DNA of 64,000 bases, from contig JBCKBY010000001.1 of the NCBI GenBank assembly GCA_038910715.1, positions 13,009 through 77,008 on the forward strand, in the 5' to 3' direction. The position numbers were made by a program, and so were the translations under genes. Below the pieces are notes generated by a model. That model was not told the DNA's origin, made no database searches, and worked only from the letters and a program-made list of their open reading frames with translations. Positions within the stretch are counted from its first letter, which is position 1. Every line of letters starts with the position of its first letter. Positions 1 through 7,915 of this stretch are shown one piece after another. The DNA is from Gaiellaceae bacterium. GTDB taxonomy: Bacteria; Actinomycetota; Thermoleophilia; Gaiellales; Gaiellaceae.

Positions 1-2
1 TC

Positions 3-719
3 GTCGGCCTATCGGGGTTCGGAAAGCGGAAGCCCAAGCAGCTATCGGGAGGCCAGCAGCAGCGGGTCGCCCTCGGGCGGGCGCTTGTCAACCATCCCCG
101 CGTCTTGCTGCTCGACGAGCCGCTCGGCGCGCTCGACCTGAAACTGCGCAAGCAGATGCAGCTCGAGCTCAAGCGCATCCAGCACGAGATCGGGATCACG
201 TTCGTCCACGTCACGCACGACCAGGAAGAGGCGATGACGATGGCCGACACGATCGCGGTCATGAACCACGGGCGGATCGAGCAGCTCGGCCCGCCGGAAG
301 AGCTCTACGAACGACCTGCCAGCGCGTTCGTCGCTGGGTTCCTCGGCGCCTCGAACCTGCTTTCCGGAAACGTCGAAGGCCCCGATGCGGTGCGCCTCGA
401 CAGCGGAGAGCTGATACGAGCGGGCGTGAAAGGGCGCGTGGGTCGAGTGGCCGCCGGCGTCCGTCCGGAGAAGATCACCGTCGGGCGTGGCGGCGGCGCG
501 AACGAGCTCCCGGGGACGATCTCGGAGAGCGCGTACATCGGTGTCGCCACTCAACTCGTCGTCAACACGACGGCAGGTACCGTCCACGTCTTCGCACAGA
601 ACATCGACCGTGGTGGGCGCGTCCCGGCTCCGGGGGAAAATGTGATTCTTAGCTGGGCTCCGGACTCGACCTTCGTGGTCGCCGAGGAGACGTCAATAGT
701 GAAGGAGGAACGCACATGA
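3..719 (+). CDS. potA: Polyamine-type ABC importer ATPase (PotA-like), 5' end outside window
   Basis: Frame is open from nt 3. Translation contains [27 protein letters not shown] (ABC signature plus Walker B), H-loop VTHDQEEA and a C-terminal TOBE-like domain. Stop overlaps the next start (ATGA 716-719). PotD/B/C-like genes follow. Confidence 0.85.
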   Translation, partial: VGLSGFGKRKPKQLSGGQQQRVALGRALVNHPRVLLLDEPLGALDLKLRKQMQLELKRIQHEIGITFVHVTHDQEEAMTMADTIAVMNHGRIEQLGPPEELYERPASAFVAGFLGASNLLSGNVEGPDAVRLDSGELIRAGVKGRVGRVAAGVRPEKITVGRGGGANELPGTISESAYIGVATQLVVNTTAGTVHVFAQNIDRGGRVPAPGENVILSWAPDSTFVVAEETSIVKEERT

Positions 720-1840
720 ACCCGAGATTGACTCGTGACCAACTGCTGCGGCGTAGCGCGGCTGGTATCACCTTCCTGTCGCTCCCGAGCCTGCTCGCGG
801 CCTGCGGCGGGAGCGGCGGCGGCGGCGAGGTGGGGGGCGTCCTGAACTTCGCCAACTGGCCGTTCTACATCGACACGGACAAGCCGACGACACTCGAGAA
901 GTTCACCGAGCAGACGGGGACCAAGGTCAACTACTTCGAGGAGATCAACGACAACGGCGAGTACTTCGCCAAGGTGCAGGGCCAGCTCTCTCAGGGCCAG
1001 GGCATCGACCGCGACATCTTCGTCTTCACCGACAACTCGCGCTTCCCGGGCCTCTTGGTCAACGAAGGCTGGGTCCAGAAGCTCGACAAGGAGCTCATCC
1101 CGAACATCTCGAATCTCGTCGACGCGCAGGCAAGCCCGCCGTTCGATCCGAGCCGCGAGTACTCGCTCCCGTGGCAGTCGGGCATGACCGGCATCGCCTG
1201 GAACGAGGACGTCACGGGCCCCGTCACATCGGTGCAGCAGCTCCTCGAGGATCCGAAGCTGAAGGGCAAGGTGACGATGCTGCAGGAGATGGCGGACTCC
1301 GTCGGGCTCGTCATGCTCCAGGCTGGCGACGACCCGGCCACGGTGACCGACGAAACCTTCAACAAGGCGATCGCAACGGTTCAGGCAGCCGTCGACTCGG
1401 GCCAGATCCGCAGGTTCGCGGGCAACGACTATGCCCAGCCGCTGACGAAGGGCGACCTCGCCGCTGCAGTCGCCTGGTCGGGCGACGTCGTCCAGCTCGT
1501 CGCCGACAACCCCAAGCTGAAGTGGGCGATCCCGGAGAGCGGCGGGATGATCTGGACGGACAACATGCTCATCCCGACGGGCGGGAGCGTCCCCACGGCG
1601 TCGACGTACATGAACTTCGTCTACGACCCGGTGATCGCCGCGCAGATCGCCGCGTACGTCAACTACGTCACCCCCGTGAAGGGCGCGCAGGAGGAGCTCG
1701 CGAAGACGGATCCCGAGACCGCAAACAACCCGTTGATCTTCCCGGACGATGCGACGCTGTCCCAGGTCAGCCAGTTCGACTCGACCGCACTCGACAACGA
1801 GGAGTACATCACGCTCTGGCAGGGAGTCCTCGGCCAGTAG
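716..1840 (+). CDS. potD: Polyamine ABC transporter substrate-binding lipoprotein (PotD/PotF family)
   Basis: 374-aa ORF with lipobox LLAACGG followed by a Gly-rich linker. Family-typical NWPFYID and WSGD motifs. Sits inside the pot-like operon. Confidence 0.85.
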   Translation: MNPRLTRDQLLRRSAAGITFLSLPSLLAACGGSGGGGEVGGVLNFANWPFYIDTDKPTTLEKFTEQTGTKVNYFEEINDNGEYFAKVQGQLSQGQGIDRDIFVFTDNSRFPGLLVNEGWVQKLDKELIPNISNLVDAQASPPFDPSREYSLPWQSGMTGIAWNEDVTGPVTSVQQLLEDPKLKGKVTMLQEMADSVGLVMLQAGDDPATVTDETFNKAIATVQAAVDSGQIRRFAGNDYAQPLTKGDLAAAVAWSGDVVQLVADNPKLKWAIPESGGMIWTDNMLIPTGGSVPTASTYMNFVYDPVIAAQIAAYVNYVTPVKGAQEELAKTDPETANNPLIFPDDATLSQVSQFDSTALDNEEYITLWQGVLGQ

Positions 1841-1877
1841 GGGCGAGGCTTGCCTCGCCCTCGCGAACGGGGGGCAG

Positions 1878-2735
1878 ATGGGCTCGTTTTTCCACCGACA
1901 CCCGGGGCTGACGCCCTACCTCCTGCTCGCGCCCGGGCTCCTCTGGCTCGCGATCTTCTTCCTGGTCCCTCTCGGGTTCCTCGGGTACCAATCGCTCCAG
2001 TCGGGGATCTTCCCGAACTTCGAGTTTTCCTGGGAGCTCTCGAACTTCACGGATGCGTTCTCGGAGTACCGGACGCAACTCGGGCGCTCGTTCCTGTACG
2101 CGGGGATCGCCACCACAGTGAGCCTCCTGCTCGCATACCCGCTCGTCTACTGGATCGCGTTTCGGGCTGGTCCGTGGAGGAACTTCTTCCTGCTCCTCAT
2201 CGTCGCGCCGTTCTTCGTCACCTACCTGATTCGCACGCTCGCCTGGCTCAACATCCTCGCTGACGAGGGTCCCGTCGTCGGGATCCTCCAGGCGCTCCAC
2301 ATACTCGGGGAGGACGAGCGCCTACTGGCGACCACCTTCGCGGTCGTCGCAGGCATCACCTACAACTTCTTCCCGTTCATGGCGCTGCCGCTCTACGTGT
2401 CCCTCGAGCAAGTCGAGCCTCGGCTCCTCGAGGCGGCGAAGGATCTCTACGCATCTCCGACGCAGGCGTTCCTCAGGGTGACGTTGCCACTCTCCGCGCC
2501 AGGGATCGTGGCGGGCACGCTCTTGACGTTCATTCCTGCGGCCGGCGACTTCATCAACGCCGAGTACCTCGGGACCCCGAACCAGGCCATGATCGGCAAC
2601 GTCATCCAGGCCAAGTTCCTCGAGTCGCTCGACTACCCGACCGCGGCGTCGCTCTCGTTCGTCCTCATGGCGACGATCCTCGTGTCGCTGCTCGTCTACG
2701 CCCGCGTCGTCGGCACGGAGAAGCTGACCGGATGA
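1878..2735 (+). CDS. potB: Polyamine ABC transporter permease (PotB-like)
   Basis: Start trimmed to ATG 1878 (MGSFFHRHPGLTPYLLL). The upstream part of the ORF is Arg/Ser-rich junk overlapping potD. Six-TM MetI-type permease with an EAA-like loop (LEEAAKDLYASP). Confidence 0.8.
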   Translation: MGSFFHRHPGLTPYLLLAPGLLWLAIFFLVPLGFLGYQSLQSGIFPNFEFSWELSNFTDAFSEYRTQLGRSFLYAGIATTVSLLLAYPLVYWIAFRAGPWRNFFLLLIVAPFFVTYLIRTLAWLNILADEGPVVGILQALHILGEDERLLATTFAVVAGITYNFFPFMALPLYVSLEQVEPRLLEAAKDLYASPTQAFLRVTLPLSAPGIVAGTLLTFIPAAGDFINAEYLGTPNQAMIGNVIQAKFLESLDYPTAASLSFVLMATILVSLLVYARVVGTEKLTG

Positions 2736-3598
2736 CCGCGGTCTCGAAGACGGTCGTGGCGCGTTCCCGGCTCGGAACCGGAGCTCGAGCGTGGCGCTTC
2801 GTCAAGCATCACTCGCTCACGGTGTACGCCTTCCTCGTCTGCGCCTACCTGATGCTCCCGATCGCCGTCGTGATCCTCTTCTCGTTCAACGACCCCGCTG
2901 GCAGGTTCAACTACGTGTGGGAGGGCTTTACCCTCGACAACTGGATCAACTGGGACTCTGTGCTCGGGGTGCGAGAAGCGCTCATCACCTCCCTCAAGAT
3001 CGGCTTCCTCGCAACGATCGTGGCGACCGTCCTCGGGACGCTCATGGCCTTGGGCATCGTGCGGTACCACTTCCGCGGTAGGGGAGCGTCCAACCTCCTC
3101 GTCTTCCTGCCGATGGCCACCCCGGAGATCGTGCTCGGTGCCTCGCTCCTCACGCTCTTCCTGAACACCACTGCGATCTTCCAGCTTGGCTTTGCGACGA
3201 TCTTCATCGCCCACGTCATGTTCATCGTCAGCTTCATCGTGGTGACCGTGAAGGCCCGCCTCATCGGGTTCGACCGTCACCTCGAGGAGGCTGCGATGGA
3301 CCTCGGCGCAAACGAGATCACGACCTTCAGGAAGGTCACGCTCCCGCTCATCGCCCCCGCGATGCTGGCGGCGGCGCTCCTCGGCTTCGCCCTCTCGATT
3401 GACGACTTCGTGATCACCTACTTCAATGCGGGATCGGAGCAGACGTTCCCCGTGTTCGTCTGGGGCATCGCGCGTGTTTCCGTTCCACCGCAGGTGAACG
3501 TCGTCGCGAGCGCGATCTTTCTCGTCGCCATAGCCATCGCCCTCGGTAACGTCTTCTTGCAATACCGGAGCGCAAAGAGAACCCAAGGAGCCACATGA
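2732..3598 (+). CDS. potC: Polyamine ABC transporter permease (PotC-like)
   Basis: 288-aa multi-TM ORF with EAA loop LEEAAMDLGANE. Start overlaps the potB stop and stop overlaps the next start. Confidence 0.85.
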   Translation: MTAVSKTVVARSRLGTGARAWRFVKHHSLTVYAFLVCAYLMLPIAVVILFSFNDPAGRFNYVWEGFTLDNWINWDSVLGVREALITSLKIGFLATIVATVLGTLMALGIVRYHFRGRGASNLLVFLPMATPEIVLGASLLTLFLNTTAIFQLGFATIFIAHVMFIVSFIVVTVKARLIGFDRHLEEAAMDLGANEITTFRKVTLPLIAPAMLAAALLGFALSIDDFVITYFNAGSEQTFPVFVWGIARVSVPPQVNVVASAIFLVAIAIALGNVFLQYRSAKRTQGAT

Positions 3599-5073
3599 CC
3601 ACCACTACGCCGATTCCGCTCGACCTCCAGAAGGCCGCCAAGGACCACCTTTGGATGCACTTCACCCGCATGGGCGGGTTCGAGACGGCGGACGTCCCGA
3701 TCATCGTGCGCGGGGACGGGTGCTACCTCGAGGACTCCAACGGAAAGCGCTACCTCGACGCGCTGGCAGGGCTCTTCTCCGTCAACATCGGCTACTCGTT
3801 CGGGGACGAGATCGGCCAGGCGGCGCTCGACCAGATGCGCGAGCTGCCCTTCTACACGAACTGGTCGTACGCCCATCCGCGCGCGATCGAGCTCGCCGCC
3901 GAGGTCGCCTCGCTCGCCCCCGGTGACCTGAACCGCGTGTTCTTCTGCAACGGCGGCTCCGAGGCGGTCGAGTCGGCCTGGAAGCTCGCGCGCCAGTACT
4001 ACCTCGCGCGCGGCGAGAAGCAGATCCTCGGGCTAGTTACGCCCGGGGCTCGCGCAGGCGCGCAGGAGCCCGAGGTGATGCACGATGCGTTGGCCGCCGC
4101 AGCACAGCCGATGCCGCGCCGCTACAAGGCGATCGGACGTCACATCGCCTATCACGGAACAACGTTCGGCGCACTCTCGATCAGCGGCATCCCGGCGCTC
4201 CGCACGCCCTTCGAGCCGCTCGTGTCCGAGGTGCGGCACGTCTCCAACACCAACCGCTACCACCGCCCGCCCGAGGAGACCGAGGCCGAGTTCACGCGCT
4301 TCCTGCTCGACGAGCTGGAACAGGCGATCCTGGCCATGGGGCCCGACACGGTGTGCCTCGTCCACATGGAGCCGGTGCAGAACGCGGGCGGCTGCTTCAC
4401 CCCGCCCGAGGGGTATTGGCGCGGCGTGCGCGAGATCTGCGACCGCTACGACATCCTGCTCTCGGCCGACGAGGTCATCACCGCATTCGGTCGCCTGGGT
4501 TACTGGTTCGGGTCGGAGCGCTACGACATCAAGCCCGATATTGTCACGATGGCGAAGGGGCTCTCGTCGTCGTACGCGGCTATCGGCGGCGTCGTCGCCA
4601 CGGACAAGGTGATGGAGCCGTTCCTCGGCGCGACCTCGATGTTCACGCACGGAATCACGTTCGGCGGCCACCCGGTCATGACCGCGATCGCGCTCAAGAA
4701 CATCGAGATCATGAAGCGGGAGCGGATCCTCGAGCACGTGCGCGAGAACGAGGATGCGTTCCGCTCGACGCTGGCGCAGCTCCTCGACATTCCCATCGTC
4801 GGCGACCTGCGCGGAGCGGGCTACTTCTGGGCGATCGAGCTCGTCAAGGACAAAGACACACGTGAGACGTTCTCCGACGAGGAGTGCGAGCGGCTCCTCC
4901 GCGGGTATCTCTCAAATGCGCTCTTCGACGCCGGCATGATCTGCCGAGCTGACGACCGAGGCGACCCGGTGCTTCAGATTTCACCGCCGCTCGTCGCGGG
5001 CCAGGCCGAGTTCGACGAGATCGTGGGCATCCTCGGCGAGGTCCTCACCGAGGCGACCGCGCTGATGCGCTGA
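3595..5073 (+). CDS. Class-III (omega) aminotransferase, putrescine/beta-alanine-pyruvate type
   Basis: 492 aa with class-III motifs (FFCNGGSEAVESAWK, AYHGTTFGALS, LSADEVITAFGRLG, TMAKGLSS with the PLP lysine). Translationally coupled to the pot operon. Carries an apparent ~32-codon insert (see findings). Confidence 0.85.
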   Translation: MTTTTPIPLDLQKAAKDHLWMHFTRMGGFETADVPIIVRGDGCYLEDSNGKRYLDALAGLFSVNIGYSFGDEIGQAALDQMRELPFYTNWSYAHPRAIELAAEVASLAPGDLNRVFFCNGGSEAVESAWKLARQYYLARGEKQILGLVTPGARAGAQEPEVMHDALAAAAQPMPRRYKAIGRHIAYHGTTFGALSISGIPALRTPFEPLVSEVRHVSNTNRYHRPPEETEAEFTRFLLDELEQAILAMGPDTVCLVHMEPVQNAGGCFTPPEGYWRGVREICDRYDILLSADEVITAFGRLGYWFGSERYDIKPDIVTMAKGLSSSYAAIGGVVATDKVMEPFLGATSMFTHGITFGGHPVMTAIALKNIEIMKRERILEHVRENEDAFRSTLAQLLDIPIVGDLRGAGYFWAIELVKDKDTRETFSDEECERLLRGYLSNALFDAGMICRADDRGDPVLQISPPLVAGQAEFDEIVGILGEVLTEATALMR

Positions 5074-5079
5074 CTCCGA

Positions 5080-5676
5080 TCAGCGGCCGGGGCCGGCATT
5101 GGTGACGGCATGAACGTGCCATTCGCCAGGCACGCCCTTCAACACGTGCGCTCCCCGATCGGCGAAGTCGATCCCCGAGCCCACGACCAGATCCTTGACC
5201 GTGCTGGAGACGAGCACCTCGCCTTCTCGAGCGAGCGCGGCGATGCGTGCTCCGATATGGACGGCGATGCCCTCGACCCCAGTCTGGGCGAGCTCGATCT
5301 CGCCGGTGTGCAACCCGGCGCGGATCTCGAGCCCCAGCTCTCGAACGGCGTCGCGGATCGCGCACGCGCACCGGATCGCCCTGGCCGGGCCGTCGAACGT
5401 GGCCAGGAACCCGTCGCCTGAGATTCGCACCTCCTTGCCCCGCGCGCTCTCGAGCTCTGCTCTGACCAGCCGATGGTGATCGTCGAGAAGCTCTTTCCAG
5501 CGCCGATCGCCAAGCTCGGCGGCGCGCTCCGTCGAGCCCACGATGTCGGTGAAGAGCACGGTCGCGAGGACGCGATCGGGCTCTCGGACGCGTCGTGAGC
5601 CCGTGAGGAACTCCTCGATCTCGTCGACGATCGCGTCGACGTCGCCGACGAACGGAAAGTGGTCTTGCCCAGGCAT
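5080..5676 (-). CDS. Class III adenylate/guanylate cyclase catalytic-domain protein; apparent 5'-truncated remnant of an alpha/beta-hydrolase-cyclase fusion
   Basis: VLFTDIVGST...ISGDGFLATF...RAGLHTGEIE...GIAVHIGARI cyclase motifs. First canonical start is ATG 5676. In-frame alpha/beta-hydrolase C-terminal homology (VIPVESGRYLAEHIPDAKYVEMPGQDHFPF) continues upstream of that ATG until close to the egtB stop at 5790. Confidence 0.6.
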   Translation of the reverse strand: MPGQDHFPFVGDVDAIVDEIEEFLTGSRRVREPDRVLATVLFTDIVGSTERAAELGDRRWKELLDDHHRLVRAELESARGKEVRISGDGFLATFDGPARAIRCACAIRDAVRELGLEIRAGLHTGEIELAQTGVEGIAVHIGARIAALAREGEVLVSSTVKDLVVGSGIDFADRGAHVLKGVPGEWHVHAVTNAGPGR

Positions 5677-5789
5677 CTCGACGTACTTCGCGTCGGGGAT
5701 GTGCTCCGCCAGGTAGCGGCCCGACTCGACGGGAATGACGCGATCTCCCGAGTCAGGACCTCTAGCCCGGACTGGTGTTTCGCGGCGCG

Positions 5790-7073
5790 CTACGCGTCGC
5801 GGGCGCAGCGAAAGCCCGCGAACATCTGCCGCCTGCCCGGGAAGTCCCAGTTGCGGAACGAGGTGCGCGCGACGAGTGCGGCGGTCGCCCACGAGCCGCC
5901 TCGAAGAACGCGGTACTCCTCGCCGAAGTAGACCTCGGAGCACTCCGGGTAGGGGAACGCGAGGAACCCGGGGTACGGCTGGAAGTGGGACGACGTCCAT
6001 TCCCACACGTCGCCTCCCATTTGGACGCAACCGACGGGGCTGACCCCACCCTCGTAAGACCCAGCCGGGGCGGGTGAGAAGCGGCGGTGATCGAGGCTGG
6101 CCTCGAATCCCATCCACGCCTGACCCCAGGGGTAGCGGAACTTCCCCTCGTGCTCGTGCCAGCCTGCCGCGCGCTCCCACTCGGCTTCCGTGGGAAGTCG
6201 CTTCCCAGCCCAACGCGCGAACGCCTCGGCTTCGAACCAGGAGACGTGCTGCACGGGCTCGTTCGCCGGGACAGGCTCGAGCCGGCCGAAGCGGACACGC
6301 TCCCAGCCGTCCGCGCCCTTCGCCCAGTAGAGAGGTGCGTGCGCGTCCTCTCGCGCGCGCCACTCCCACCCCTCAGCGCTCCAGAGCCTCTTCGACCGGT
6401 ACCCCTTGTCCTTGACGAACTTCATGAACGCGCCATTCGTCACCGGGGCGCGGTCGATCCAGAACGGGCGCAGCTCGACCTCGTGAGGGACGAGCTCGTT
6501 GTCGTACGCCCACGGCTCGTCGACTGCGCCGAGCATGAACGAGCCGGCCGGTACATGGATCTCGGAAGGTCCGCTGGGCGCTCGATCCGGAGCGGAGCTC
6601 GCGGGGGCCGGATACGCGAAGTCGGTGCGTTGCTGCAACGCCTCGAGTATCGCCTCCTGTTGCTGGAGCTCGTGCTGGAGCACCAGACCGAACGCGAAGG
6701 CGTTGCGCAGGAGTGCGTTCGGCGCGTCCAGGTCGATGTGCTCGAGCGACTCGAGGACGCGTGAACGCACGTCCTCGGCATACGCCCGGGCGGCGGCGGG
6801 CCTCAGGGTCGGAAGATCCGTGCGCTCGCCGTGCTCGTGCCGGAGTGCTGCGTAGATCTCGTCGTGGAGAGGGGAGATCGGCGAGTCGCCGTTGACGTTG
6901 CGGAGCAGCCAGAGCTCCTCGAAGTACGCGATCTGGGCGTAGCCCCAGACCAGTGGAGGCTGGTCGTGCCCGGCCGGCGCGACGAGAACGTCGTCCACGA
7001 TCGGCTCCAGCAGTGCCTCGGTCGCCTTGCGGGCTCGGTCCAGGGCAGCGCGGATCTCGAGTCGTGTCTCCAC
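5790..7073 (-). CDS. egtB: EgtB-like sulfoxide synthase (DinB_2 plus FGE-sulfatase domains)
   Basis: 427 aa. N-terminal DinB-like helix bundle (WGYAQIAYFEELWLL, HELQQQE) plus a C-terminal FGE/SUMF1 domain (RPFWIDRAPVTNGAF, RLPTEAEWERAA, GDVWEWTSS, RVLRGGSWAT). GTG start at 7073. Confidence 0.75.
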   Translation of the reverse strand: METRLEIRAALDRARKATEALLEPIVDDVLVAPAGHDQPPLVWGYAQIAYFEELWLLRNVNGDSPISPLHDEIYAALRHEHGERTDLPTLRPAAARAYAEDVRSRVLESLEHIDLDAPNALLRNAFAFGLVLQHELQQQEAILEALQQRTDFAYPAPASSAPDRAPSGPSEIHVPAGSFMLGAVDEPWAYDNELVPHEVELRPFWIDRAPVTNGAFMKFVKDKGYRSKRLWSAEGWEWRAREDAHAPLYWAKGADGWERVRFGRLEPVPANEPVQHVSWFEAEAFARWAGKRLPTEAEWERAAGWHEHEGKFRYPWGQAWMGFEASLDHRRFSPAPAGSYEGGVSPVGCVQMGGDVWEWTSSHFQPYPGFLAFPYPECSEVYFGEEYRVLRGGSWATAALVARTSFRNWDFPGRRQMFAGFRCARDA

Positions 7074-7171
7074 ACTCGCACTGTGCCCGAGAGGTCGGCG
7101 ATTCGTATAGGGCCGATCGGGGGAAGTTGGCTAGCCTTCCGCCTCGAACTGCGAGAGAGGAGCCGGGAGTA

Positions 7172-7915
7172 ATGAGCGAAAGCCAAAATGGGGCGGTCGT
7201 CGTCGCGCGCGACGTGACCCGCCGATTCGGGGAAGGCGAGACGGCAGTCGATGCGCTGCGGGGGGTCTCGGTGGATATCGCATCCGGCGCAGCAACTGCC
7301 GTGATGGGTCCGTCAGGCTCGGGGAAGTCGACACTCATGCACATCCTCGCCGGGCTCGACAAGCCGACGTCGGGTGAGGTCGAGGTCGCCGGAACGGCGA
7401 TCACGCAACTCGGCGACAACGCACTCACCAAGCTGCGCCGAGATCACATCGGCTTCGTCTTCCAGTTCTTCAATCTCTTGCCGATGCTGGACGCCAAGGA
7501 GAACATCCTGCTTCCACTCACCATCGCGGGCGAGAAGCCGGAAGACGGCTGGTTCGAGCAGCTCGTGTCCGACGTCGGGCTCACGGACCGGCTTACGCAT
7601 CGTCCCGCCGAGCTGTCGGGTGGGCAGCAGCAGCGCGTGGCGATCGCTCGCGCGCTCGTCTCCAAGCCGACCGTCCTCTTTGCGGACGAGCCCACCGGAA
7701 ACCTCGACTCGTCGACGAGCCAGGAGATCCTGGAGCTCCTGCGCCGCTCGGTCGACGAGTACCACCAGACGATCGTGATGGTGACGCACGACGCTCGCGC
7801 GGCTGCGATGGCGCATCGGGTTCTTTTCCTCGCTGACGGCGAGATCGTGCGCGAGCTAGGTGAGTCCAACGCGCACGACATCCTCTCCGTGATGGAGGAA
7901 GTCTCCGCAGCGTGA
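7172..7915 (+). CDS. MacB/LolD/FtsE-type ABC transporter ATP-binding protein
   Basis: Start trimmed to ATG 7172, preceded by gagagaggag. Walker A GPSGSGKST, signature [15 protein letters not shown], Walker B LFADEPTGNLD. Overlaps the downstream permease start. Confidence 0.85.
   Translation: MSESQNGAVVVARDVTRRFGEGETAVDALRGVSVDIASGAATAVMGPSGSGKSTLMHILAGLDKPTSGEVEVAGTAITQLGDNALTKLRRDHIGFVFQFFNLLPMLDAKENILLPLTIAGEKPEDGWFEQLVSDVGLTDRLTHRPAELSGGQQQRVAIARALVSKPTVLFADEPTGNLDSSTSQEILELLRRSVDEYHQTIVMVTHDARAAAMAHRVLFLADGEIVRELGESNAHDILSVMEEVSAA

Noticed and set aside
6035-6070. Similarity of gaccccaccctcgtaag (inside egtB) to gacccccacacctcgtaag at 23236-23254
   Set aside because: The match is short (a 9-mer plus a 6-mer) and lies in conserved EgtB coding sequence (SYEGGVSPVG). 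It is compatible with chance in 128 kb of two-strand search space.
5677-6369. Long N-terminal extension of the cyclase ORF (track ORF 5080-6369), as if it were a full alpha/beta-hydrolase-cyclase fusion
   Set aside because: Only about 5677-5745 shows hydrolase-like sequence. From 5790 upward the frame overlaps egtB and translates to Arg-rich nonsense. It is therefore treated as a truncation, not a full-length fusion.
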